From: Mytilus edulis
Taxonomy: Eukaryota
DNA length: 64,000 nucleotides
Reading direction: 5' to 3'
NCBI RefSeq assembly: GCF_963676685.1
Contig: NC_092348.1
Coordinates: forward strand, 59,830,001-59,894,000
The position numbers were made by a program, and so were the translations under genes. Every line of letters starts with the position of its first letter. Position 1 is the first letter of the stretch. The notes beneath the pieces are model-generated. The model made no database searches. It had not been told where the DNA came from and saw only the letters and a list, made by a program, of their open reading frames with translations. Below are positions 1-12,200 of this stretch, in pieces.

Positions 1-594
1 CATATTTCTCTATTCTTTATATTTTTGACAATTATTTTCTTATCATTACATTTAAACACCATTATTCTAGCTATTTTATTTATTTCTTAGTCCATTGTCT
101 CTATTATTTATATTTTTTGTCCACTATTCTCAATTCCATAATCCCCCATCAACGGCCTCTAGTTAATGTCACCTTAATATATAGTCTTCACAAATAAGCA
201 AAATTAACACCTTATAGGCTCTAATGGCAAACCAATTGAAGGCTTTTTAAAATATCCAAGTTTGATTGTGAAATTGCGGAAATTTTTAAAATTTGATCAA
301 GCAAAATACATTATCGTCCTCGTAGTTCGTAAAATACTGGCAGATGGACCTTGGTCATCAATTCTAATAATCTTGGATCTACCTTTCTAAACTTAAAAGT
401 AATAAAGTTCACGCACCCATATTGTTCTGATTGCTAAAGACTTTTGCATCCGTCGACATTATCTTCGATTAAAGTAGTATTGATCTGACAACCGCTGTGC
501 ATGTATACTTTAACGACCTTTAAATGAATGACAAATGACAACATTGTCATTTTTTGAATGACAATTTAACAGTGTGGGGAAAGATGAATTGAAT

Positions 595-1065
595 ACACTT
601 TTGTTTTTCGTTTTTTGTTTTTGTGAAATCAAAAATGAAAAATGAAAACACTTTCATTTTTCGATTTTAGTTTTTAGTTTTTGAGAATCAAAAATGAAAA
701 ATGAAAATACTTTTGTTTTTCCGATTTTAGATTTTGAGAATCAAAAATGAAAATACTTTTGTTTTTTCGATTTTTGTTTTGTGAAATCAAAAATGAAAAA
801 TGAAAACACTTTCATTTTTCGATTTTAGTTTTTAGTTTTTGAGAATCAAAAATGAAAAATGAAAATACTTTTGTTTTTCCGATTTTAGATTTTGAGAATC
901 AAAAATGAAAATACTTTTGTTTTTTCGATTTTTGTTTTGTGAAATCAAAAATGAAAAACGAAAACACTTTTGTTTTTCATTTTGGTTTTTAAGAAATCAA
1001 AAACAAAAAATGAAAACACGTTCGTTTTTTGTTTTTTGTTTATGATATTTCAAAACGAAAAACGA
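595..1065. repeat. AT-rich tandem array of ~53-bp hairpin-like monomers with a 158-bp higher-order period
   Basis: ttgtgaaatcaaaaatgaaaaa recurs at 621, 779 and 937; monomers alternate T-rich and A-rich complementary halves. Confidence 0.85.
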
Positions 1066-1644
1066 ATGGACGCAGATATACACGGACCCACGTGTTGCTT
1101 GTTTCTGAATCCTGATATTGTATGTGGATATAAAAAATACTTGAACTGTTCATAATAAAAATATTGTTTACACCAACTCTGTGATACGATTGAAGGAGAA
1201 GTCACGCATACGTAAATATATAAAGGCGTTATGGATTGTGTTTTGGCACATGTTAAAAGCATGTGTTGTGCTCCAAATTGTTGTAATATTGTAATATAGT
1301 CTGTCAAAATAGATTTTAGCACTTTGGCAGCAGTAGACAAAATTAAATTAAAAAAAGCTACTGTTGTAATAAGTTTTTTTTTATTAAACTATTTATTCAA
1401 ATTTTCCCACGTGCAGTTTATGCATTTCGTATATCACATGTGTAGCAGGATTTGCTTACATTTTCGGTGGACCCTTTTGTTTTTCAGTCTTTAGTTTATT
1501 TTGTTACCAATCGCGTTGTCAGTTTATTTTCGATTTATGAGTTTGAATGTCTCGTCGGTATCTTTCTTCTATGTTTTATATGATTGATAGAATAGGTAGG
1601 TTCTGTAAAATTTTGGTTAAGTTTTAGGCGTATTTTGCGCAACT

Positions 1645-2312
1645 GTTTACACCACTGGGTTGGTGCCACTGCTGGTGGACGTTTCGTCCCCGAGGGAATC
1701 GCCAGCCCAGTTGTCAGCGATTCGGTGTTGACATGAATATCAATTACTAGTTTATGGTAAAAAAAAATTTATAAATTAAATGTTTGCAAAGTTAAAAAAT
1801 TAGGACTTTCTTAAACCACGCATAGATAACCTACGACGTATTTGGCATAACTGTTTTGGAATTTTAGGTCCTCAATACTGTTCAACTTCATACTTGTTTC
1901 ACTTTTTAACTAATTTGATCTGATCGTCCCTAATGATTCTTATGTAGACGAAACGCGTGTCGTATTAAATTATAATCCTGGTAACTTTGATAACTTGTTA
2001 CAGTTGATTAAAGGTTACTAAGCAATGCAACTTATAGAAGATAAAGAATAAAAACATGAACAAATTATAATATTTACACATGATATGTTCATAATTATAA
2101 ATTAACTGTGAACAAAACTTTGATTTTTTTTAATACTACGGCTTTTCTACATCAGGAATAAATTACCTTTAATAGCTGTATTTGGCTAAACTTTTAGGAA
2201 CCTCAATGCTCTTCAACTTCGTATTTTTTTGGCCTTTTTAACATTTTTCGATCCGAGGGTCACTGACGAAACGCGCGTCTGGCGTTCATATAAAATTTCA
2301 ATCCTGGTATCT
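1645..2312 (+). mobile_element. Retrozyme-like repeat, about two tandem degenerate units
   Basis: Same family as 3400-3700 and 4810-5580. Decayed hammerheads at ~1925-1963 (CUAAUGA) and ~2256-2286 (stem II deleted), about 318 nt apart. Confidence 0.65.
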
Positions 2313-2318
2313 ATTTAA

Positions 2319-3255
2319 GAAATAATTCATGAAAGCCATAGATTGTTGGAAATTTACACATGGCCTGGGCCGTGATATTCGAATTTTATCCTGAGCGTTA
2401 GCGAGGGATAAAATTAACGAATATCACGGCCCAGGCCATGTGTAAATTTCCAACAATCTATGGCTTCCATGAATTATTTCGATTCTAATAGGACAAATAC
2501 GGTCATTAAAAAACTGAAGCGAGGGTGGGTATGCTGTTTATGTGGCTGTTCTTTTTTACTCCCTGTTAGATAAAGCTCAAATATCTTTATAAATATGTAA
2601 CTTGCGTAGGTTATTTCGAGAATAACTGCTAGAAAAAAACTTTTTAATTCTTTAAGTTCTCAAACCCAACATTTGCTATTTTTAATTTACATGTTTTTCT
2701 CGTAAGCTTCCGTCAAATCAAAAGTTGACATTTTGTAACTAAGGAGCCGCCATGTTGACTTGCTGAAATTAGTAAATATGCAAATAATGCAATAGAATAG
2801 AAAATAAAACAAAACCTACCTCAAAAAATCAGTTTTAATACAATATCATACGAATTCCGATGGTTCATGTAACAGAAAACTTTCAAGTTTAGCGGTTTCA
2901 TTTGTATGACGTCATGTTTTGAAATGACTTAAATGCGACAAAAAGATTAATAGACTTTCGCGGAATTTTATTTAATTTTTATTTTGTTGATTTCTCCGAG
3001 CTCTTGTGCATTACTTCTTTTTATTATGCATACGAATAAGAATAAAAGTTATTTTGTCTTTTTTAATTGCACTTTTAAAAACAATAAAATCGGCAAAGGA
3101 TCTGCAAATAGGTTCCAATACATGTAGACTTACGTGGGAAGTATATTGTAACAGCCATTATTATGCATATCTCTGAGTCTGCGCTAAGTATATGTTATCG
3201 AGAATTTTATCACAGTGTTGTTTACAAAGCTAAAGAAGCACGTCATATTAGAATA
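2319..3255. mobile_element. Non-autonomous element with a 160-bp terminal hairpin and a short IR-bounded body
   Basis: Near-perfect palindrome 2319-2480; body bounded by attctaata (2482) and tattagaat (3247-3255); no TSD seen. Confidence 0.6.
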
Positions 3256-3399
3256 TAAGTTTATTAATAAGTGAGCAATGATTCCACAATCAGAAATTTC
3301 CTTTTTAACTATAGAATTTTATACACGTCAAATGTTCAAAAGTACGAACTTGAGTCCTGCAAATTAATCTTTTAAATTTGCGCAAATCGTTACCTTTAA

Positions 3400-3700
3400 A
3401 AAGTTATCAAAGGTACCAGTATTATAATTTAATACGCCAGACGCGCGTTTCGTCTACATAAGACTCATCAGTGACGCTCTGATCAAAATAGTTATAAAGC
3501 CAAACAAGTACAAAGTTGAAGAGCAATGAGGACATAAAATTCAAAAAAGTTGTGCCAAATACGTCTAAGGTAATCTATTCCTGGGATAAAAAAAATCCTT
3601 AGTTTTTTCGAAAAATTCAAAGTTTTGTAAACAGGAAATTGACCATATAATTGATAATCATGTCAACACTGAAGTGCTGACTACTGGGCTGGTGATACCC
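3400..3700 (-). mobile_element. Retrozyme-like repeat unit carrying the best-preserved hammerhead
   Basis: Collinear with 4810-5140 and reverse-complementary to 1690-1995; contains the hammerhead at 3434-3477. Confidence 0.7.
3434..3477 (-). ncRNA. Type I hammerhead ribozyme, intact core, in a retrozyme-like repeat
   Basis: The minus strand reads GCGUCA-CUGAUGA-GUC(UUAUGUA)GAC-GAAAC-GCGC-GUC^UGGCGU: complete catalytic core, 3-bp stem II, minimal palindromic stem III, GUC cleavage triplet and 6-bp stem I. Confidence 0.85.
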
Positions 3701-4809
3701 TTAACCTTTAACCCATACCTTTTTTTTAACAGTCCGTATTATTTAGAATAAAATATGTATGTGTGTTTCCCTACTAAATATTTACTTTGTACTTCATTTA
3801 AAACACAATGATAATTATTTTTAAGTTACTAGGTATTATTACGTATATGAAAACATTGATAATTTACCTGATGTCTTCTGATAAATATGTTGGGAACTTT
3901 TGGTTATATATTGTCAAATATCAATAGCATATCAATACAATATCACAATAATATACCTCACAGAAAGAAGACAATGCATAAATTAAAAAAAAAACATAAT
4001 TTGATATTAATAAGATGCTTTTTTTCTGAAATGCTTAATCTGATTAAATTAATTATTCGTATAAATCATATAAATATTATTGCAATTTAACAAATCATAC
4101 AAGGCATTTCATTGCCTTTAACTATTTCACACAAAAAAAAAATATATCTATAAATTATTACATTAATATTAATCCCCTTGAGAAAATGCATGTACATAAT
4201 TAACCTTATTCCTATTAAGTGTACCTTGTACATCATATTACTAGATTTGTTTACAACTTTTGTTTTCGATCAAGACCATTGATTAACTAGAAAATCATTC
4301 TATTGACGCCTTCGAGCTACATCGTTATTCTAAATAATGGGATTCCCCCTTTTGTACCGGTGTTGTACGCAAACCTGAAAGTTTACATAATGTACATGTT
4401 TGTCAAATATTATTAATAAGTAACAACTTATTGATAATATACATTTTTAAAACAAACAGGAATAACCATGGAAAGCGTAAGTGTCTTATATATGATTTGT
4501 AGATTTATATTTTAGTCTGGGAAACAATATATTTTTAATTACTAGTTGTTAAAACTTGCTTTCCGTACAGCAAATACTTATAGTGTTTAACCTTGTGCTA
4601 GTAGATCTATGCCTTGTGTCGATCTGATATATGAAGCCCTTTTCAACATGTTTGTTCTTGCTTATGTTGTGTTATTATATCAATGTTTAATAAAGGAGAG
4701 GGTTGAGCGCCGGCAATCACGCCACTTCCATGTGTCCCGGTCTTAAGTCCGGAGCCTGTTAATTAGTGATTGTCGTTAGTTTCTGACATTGGTTTTTCAT
4801 TAAAAAAAA

Positions 4810-5580
4810 TAGTTATCAAAAGTACAAAGATTATAATTTAGCACGCAAGACACGCGTTTCGTCAACATATGACTCGTCAGTAACGCTCAGATCAAAATAG
4901 TTATAAAGCCAAACAAGAACAAAGTTGAAAAGCATTGACGACCCAAAATGCCAAAAAGTTGTGTCAATACGGCTAAGGTAATCTATTCCTGGGATAAGAA
5001 AATCCTTAGTTTTTCGAAAAATTTATAAAAATTACCATACAATTGATATTCATGTCATCACCAGAAGTGATGACTAGTGGGCTGGTGATACCCTCGGGGA
5101 CGAAACGTCAACCAGCAGTGGCATCGACCCAGTGGTGTAAAAAGTTATCAAAGGTACCAGGATTATATTTCAATACGCCAGACGCACGTTTCGTCTACAT
5201 AAGTATAAAAAAGAAAATGTGGTCTGATTGCCAATGAGACAACTCTCCACAAGAGACCAAAATGACACAGCAATTAACAACTATAGGTAACCGTACGGTC
5301 GTTAACAATGAGCAACCACTGAATTACAGCCTTCTGACTTGGGACAGGCACATACTTACATAATGTGGCGGGGTAAAACATGTTAGCGGGATCCCAAACC
5401 TCCATTAACCTGGGTCAGTGGTATAACAGTACAACACAAGCACGAACTATAAAAATCAGTTGAAAAAGGCTTAACTCATCAGATGGACAAAAATATTACC
5501 CATTAGCGACGCTCAGATCAAAATAGTTATAAAGTCAAACAAGTACAAAGTTGAAGAGCATTGAGGACCCAAAATGCCAT
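4810..5580 (-). mobile_element. Tandem retrozyme-like units; the second hammerhead is split by a SINE-like insertion
   Basis: The unit start agttatcaaa..gtac recurs at 4811 and 5142. The hammerhead half at 5175-5203 is followed by the insert (~5204-5495), and the repeat resumes at ~5498 (cattagcgacgctcagatc). Confidence 0.65.
4843..4886 (-). ncRNA. Type I hammerhead ribozyme, intact core
   Basis: The minus strand reads GCGUUA-CUGACGA-GUCA(UAUGU)UGAC-GAAAC-GCGU-GUC^UUGCGU. A next copy starts at 5175, giving a 332-nt monomer. Confidence 0.75.
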
Positions 5581-6207
5581 AGCCATATTTTGTCAAATAT
5601 CTCTTTTAACACGGTACTCCTTTTCAATATGTTACTCGTCCGAGCTTATGTTTTAGTGATATGTTGGGTTGTTTTTTTTTGCATTATGAGACAAGGATGT
5701 CCTCTGCTTTATCTTATCTATAAGGAAACTTATCATTTGAACGTACTTTACTTACTTTGTTAAATAAATCTTGTGCAGTGCTTTTGAATTAAATATTTCA
5801 AAGTGCATTGCATGAATAAAACTGTTTGTACCTTTATATTCTTAAGGTAATAAAATAAGATTTTGAAATAGGCTTAAATACAAAGTGAGACAATTGATGT
5901 ATACAAAATTTGACTCGGCGACATATATATAATTGAAAAGTAAAAAGAATCATTTTTTATGGATGAATCATTGATCAGTTATTACATTTACCTAGCAGCC
6001 CTAGTTGTTACAGCATAAAATTATGTAATTTTTAACCTATATCCTGTTTCTCTCTCGGTTTGAAATGTAAATGCACGTTGTAAAAATAGAAACATAAAAT
6101 AACCTAAATGTTAATGTTCAAGTGATTAAAACAACTACAATCACTGTCACTTTACATTGTTTACATTTTCTTGAGACTAGAAACATGTTGTAACCATCGT
6201 TTACAAT

Positions 6208-9200
6208 ATGGATAATGTAAGTATTTAGTACACTGCATAATTGTTAGATGAATTATTATACGTAGTCTGCATGATTCTCGGATTTGAGTCTGACGTTTTC
6301 TATGCATTTATAACTCTTTATTTGATTTAATCAATATGAAAATAAAAAGACGAAAAAAGCTTTAAATATTAAGATTATAGAAAGATTGATTGGGAAATTG
6401 TCGGGGAACAGGATAACGCCTTCGTTAAGGCTCAATACTCGACGAATTAGTAGATCTGGAATGTTTTAGTGTTAAGTGTTTACCTTTTGTCCAATGAACC
6501 ATGAAATTAAGGTCAAATTAAAATAAAACGAGCCAGTCGGACATGCTCGACTTTCAATCATTCCATACACCAAATACAGTTGACCGATTTCTTATAGTAC
6601 TTAAAGTATCTGAATCAGTGCTTGCTTTTGCACAAATTGACATTTTATTTGTGCAATACAAATAAGGCAATGAGACAACTGTTCACTAAAGTTCGAATGA
6701 AGTGGATGAAATCCATCATAGACAATCGTACACCCTTTAAAAACCTTTTCCTTATAGTCGGCTTAAAACGGTTCCAACATGTAAAAAAAACTTTTATTTA
6801 GACAATACAATTCTAAGAAAACTAACGGAATCTCACTCAGGATGTGCACGTCTATTTTGACCCTCTGAGATGCGCAATTGACCACGCAACTTTAACCTTT
6901 ATCACTAATTCATGAAACGTTATCGATGTTTGGTGAACACTACCTTAGTAATAAGTAGACCTTGCACAAGGTCATGTTTTTCTCTGACTGTTTATGACGT
7001 CTTTACAATAAATTTATTGGATGTTGGATGTGTACGGATTGATAATTTAGTCTTAGGTGCATGACTTTTTTATAAGTTGTTAGTAGCTTAGAACTAGCTA
7101 TCAGTTAACTGTGAGTACTCTCAGATCTGTACCTAGTGTCTTTTTGTTGCTGAGATGTACATGTACCCGGCCACGTCCACTTGTATTTTTGTCCATCTGA
7201 TAAGTCAAGCCTTTTTCAACTAATTTGTATAGTCCGTTCTTATGTTGTACTGGTATACCACTGTCCCAGGTTAGGGGAGGGTTTGGATCCCACTTACATG
7301 TTTTACCCCCGACACATTATGTATGTATGTGCCTGTCCCAAGTTCGGAGCCTGTAATTCAGTGGTTGTCGTTTGTTTATGTGCTACATATTTGTTTTTCG
7401 TTCATTTTTATACATAAATAAGGCCGTTAGTTTTCTCGTTTGAATTGTTTTACATTGTCATTTCGGGGTCTTTTATAGCTGACTATGCGATGTGGGCTTA
7501 GCTCATTGTTGAAGACTGTACGGTGACCTATAGTTGTTAATTTCTGTGTCGATTTGGTCTTTTGTGGAGAGTTGTCTCATTGGCAATCATACCACATCTT
7601 CTTTTTTATATATACTTGCAACGAACCAAAAATATACCAAATACAGTTATCTTATTCCTAATAATAAATGACTATTTCACTTTTAAAGAAAATAGTTGTT
7701 ATTCAAGCAGTCATTGAAACATGAAAACGAGGCTACGGATAATGGACGAATGGCAGACGGAAACGTCGTATCTGCACAAGATACCGGCATGGTTTGAAGC
7801 ATCTTCAGAAATTTAAAGCTTTGTACAAATAGTTTACGAGTCGTCGCCGCCGCCGGATGGTAATATCTATATCTCACATAATTAAAACAAAAATAAAATT
7901 GAGTTCACATTAAGGTTGAAAACCAGATGAACTCTAAACAAAAATAAGACAATTTACAGCCGATTACTTATTCATGTCGTCAAAATTTAATTTAATAGGA
8001 TATCCAACAGCATTTTGTTTTTTATTGTGTGATCCTTCGTAGGGTTGCATATTGAAATGTTATCTCTTGAAATGAAATAATTCGGTTAATCTACTGTTCA
8101 GCTGAACACCGGCAGCAAAGTTGTTTTTACATATGTCATAAATTAGAACAAAATAATGTAAAATTACGTTGGTTTTATAATCTCCAGGCAGTTTTGCTGA
8201 CTTAAATGAAACGTTTGTGAAGTACTGCGCCAATCCCGATAAACAGAAAATTGGCAATGAAAATGTCAGTAAAATCTGAATTTTGTACTCAATTATTAAT
8301 GTTGATCAGTTCCAATACACTAATAAGCTTATTCAAAGACAGATTGTTTGTTTATCCAATTATTTTAAAGGCTATTAAAATACTAAGAACTAGGAACTTC
8401 AAAAATTAATTAGTACAAAACTACAACTTCTACATGTACACTGTAAATGACATATTTATTGAAAAATTGTGTTGCGGTCGTATTTGTAGCTAACACTATA
8501 ATTAGTAGGCGTTCTCTTTATATACATATAATTAAATCTTCTTTCTTGTTAAAGATAATTTTGAAATTCTTGCTTAAGTAAATCATTCATAAAAGCAGTA
8601 ATTTAAAGTAGATTTTGAAAACCAACAGAATGTTTCATGAGAACTTTTCGAAATGGTGTGAACCTTTTCATTTGTAATCAAAATGACTCATAACTGCGAA
8701 CATAGGTTTTTTTAAATTATGAATACCATAAAATTACGATTGTCTGTATATATAATATATGATACCTGTACCACTTGCAAGCTCAATGGGAATATTGCCT
8801 TGTCCATTTTTGTCTATAAGTGTCAAAACTGAAGAATTGAGAAATTTTTAGATTAATACATATTTCAATAATTTTAATATTCTAAGGAATTTTAAAGGTT
8901 ATTTAATAAAATTCGTTATGTATAGTAATTTCTTTTGGGAAAATAATCCTTTTGTCCTTAGAACAGCTTCAATGCACCAGAAGTCTATTTTCGCTGTAAA
9001 ATGGAAACCAAAATCGTCAGTGCCAATTCCTTCAAACCATGATCAATTGGTCTTATTTTTCATCATAAAATGTGAAGCATTGTTGTTCAGTTGTAATTCT
9101 GTAAGGGTAATTACCCATTTTAATTGTAAACAAACAAAGTAAACAAATTATAAATCGATCATCATAAGTAAATTAAAGCATGCGCATCACCGTAGAGTGA

Positions 9201-12200
9201 GTACACCAAACGTTATTAAGATGACAAGGTGAAGGTCATTTCATCACCTATTTGTTTGATATAATTGTTCACATCTAAGTTGACATTAATTGTAATTGTA
9301 CATGCCCCTACTTCCTCCTTAAATTATCTGAATTTTTTTATACTTTGATCAATATGTAATTGTGTAACTGATTATTTTATTTGTTTGTCTCAATAACAAA
9401 AATAGATAAACAGATAGGTCAAAGTACGATCTTCCAAACGGAGCCTTCGATTTGGCTCACACCGAAAAGCAAGCTATTAAGGGCCACAAAAATGACTGTG
9501 TAAAACCTTTCAAACAAGAAATCCCCGGTCTAGTATATCATTAAAAATCGTTGCTAGTATATTGCTTCTATATTAATTATATATTCCACCAACAAACCTA
9601 CAGATCACTTCTAACCTCCCTAAAATCTGTCGGAATCTGTCAGTAGAACTGTTCCAGGACAGTGTGTAAAAGTGTCATCCTGACACCTTTTAAACAGTTC
9701 TAGCTAGAACAGTTTTAAACTAGAACCGATTTGGTCAGTTCTACCTAGAACTGATTTAGACAGTTCTACCTAGAACTGATCCCGAAAGTTCTACCCTATG
9801 AACTGACCAAATCTTTTAGAATAGTTCTACGATTAGGACTGATTTGGTCAGTTATACGGCTAGAACTGATTTAGTCAGTTCTATCCATAGAATAGTTTTA
9901 AGAATTAACTCTTTGTCTTAAATATAAATCAGTCAAAAGACTATAATATATATTAAAAATATATTAAACTGAATGGTAACCAGTGAGATGCTCTAACTGC
10001 AGGGCCTTATTTTAGAACTGTTCTACAATCTGACAGTTTTGGTCAGATCTACTGCTTGAACTGATTTGGTCAGTTCTGCTGACAGTTCTACGACTATAAT
10101 TGACTTAGTATGTGCCTGTCCAAAGTCAGGAGCCTGTAATTCAGTGGTTGTCGTTTGTTTATGTGCTACATATTTGTTTTTCGTTCATTTTTTTTTATAT
10201 GAATAAGGCTGTTAGTTTTCTCGTTTGAATTGTTTTACATTGTCATTTCGGGGCCTTTTATAGCTGACTATGCGGTTTGGGCTTTGCTTATTGTTGAAGG
10301 CCGTACGGTGACCTATAGCTGTTACTTTCTGTGTCATTTTGGTCTCTTGTGGACGGTTGTCTCATTGGCAATCTTACCACATCTTCTTTTTTATAATTAG
10401 ACAGTTCTACCTAGAATAGTTTTAGACAGTTATACTGACAGTTTGACGGCTAGAACAGTTTAATTCAGTTCTGCTGACAGTTCAATGGCTAGAACTGTTT
10501 TGGTCAGTTCTGCTGACAGTTTTTCGACTAGAACTGATTTAGACAGTTCTACCTAGAACAGTTTTAGACAGTTATACCCTAGAACTGTTCTTGACAGTTC
10601 TACCTAGAACTGATTATGTCAGTTCTACCTAGAACTGATTATGTCAGTTCTACCTAGAACTGTTTCTGATAGTTCTACTTAGAATAGTTCTTGGGTAGAA
10701 CTGTTCTGGGAAAAACTGTTCTAGGACAGTTTAGAACAGTTCTATGACAAATTATTCTGACAGTTCTAATGAGAGGTTAGAACTTATCTTCACAGTATGG
10801 AACTTAGATCAGGTTATTTTAAGACCCCAAAAAAAGACCCTCCGTGACACATAACTTTTCAGCATGGACAATAAATTGAAACATAAGCAAACACCAGTAC
10901 ATGTCAAGTTGCCTGAGGGAGTTGTAACCTTAATTTTGTGCGAAGCAACAATCCTATTACAATAACCTTTCAGGTCATGATTTAAGGCTAACGAATTTCT
11001 GTTATTTAAAAATAAATTATTTTTAATTGTCTTGAGTTTTAAGTTTAAAGTGTTTTACCTCTTACACAGAGTGGTTGTTATTTTGACATTTCTTTATTTT
11101 TCATCTAAGGAATAATTTATGTATAAAGCAGCTATAAGATTTCTACATTTTGATTGGTTGGAGGATGGTAATCACATACACAATAACTTAATTGCTTCAT
11201 AGTTCTGCATTAACATGCAAATGAAGAAAGGTAGTGTACAGCATGCATGTGAAACGTTTTCCTCCTGTCAAAGGTCATAAAATATTGAAGCTACAATGAT
11301 ACATTGTTGTTTGCATACTGTCCAGTGGCGAATATATCACGCACCTTCAGGACGAATACATTACCCATTACAAGTAATAGAATAGGTAGGTATTGAACGG
11401 TAGCTTTACCGGAATGAAGGGGAAATATCTCATTGCCATAGGAAAATGAGGTTAATATGTTCGATGTGAGTAGAAATAGGGCTCTTCACGGTTAGTTCGG
11501 CCATATTGGATAGGGGGCAGATTTTCATAATGGAGGTAAAATGGTGTGAAAAATACGGGAAAACATCATTAAAACTTAAGAGTTGCTTGGAAACATGCAT
11601 AGGATTTCCAATACTTTCATACTTTTTCCGCCTCTTTCAAAAAAATCTGCCCCTTTCCAATATGGCCGAACTAACCGTGAAGAGCCCTATTGTGCCTTGC
11701 AACAGGACACATACGGATTCGTCAGAGAGATGTCAGACACCAGTCAAAAAGTACGATCCTATCACAAACTAGTTGGCATTAGTGAGATAACAAACTGAAT
11801 CCATTAGTTTTTCATTAGTCATGTAAGCAGATTCTTATGTTTATTACATTAATAGATTACTTTTTCTTTAATAAAAGGTTTCAGACACGACAGCTACAGA
11901 TAAAACAGTTATTTCAAAAAAGAATGCTTTTAAAAACCATGAAAAGGAAGATAGTCAAGAATTTGACCCGTGGGCGATCAGCACAAAAGAAACTGATGAT
12001 GGAGTGAACTGGAAAGGTCAGTCTTTTTATGAGATAAATAGATGGTACGGGGATTTTTTTTTGTTTTAGTAAAATTACATATTAAAAGATAAACTTTCAA
12101 CGCCATGATAAAAAACGAAGTACAAAATAAAAGATAAATCAGTCCCTACCACACTGCACACAGAAAACTAAAGAATTGGCACCACGAACTGATCACTTGT

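Noticed and set aside
970-1340. Short ORFs at 970-1155 and 1050-1340
   Set aside because: They overlap an AT-rich tandem repeat, have low-complexity translations and lack splice or motif support.
5458-5486. CUGAUGA-GUU...AAC on the minus strand of the SINE-like repeat
   Set aside because: Not followed by GAAA and has no stem III or cleavage triplet, so it is not called a hammerhead.
9602-10789. Regularly spaced short repeats superficially like a CRISPR array
   Set aside because: No unique spacers, eukaryotic context and no cas genes.
11506-11798. ORFs of 88 and 71 aa
   Set aside because: They start inside a MITE and have no recognisable motifs.
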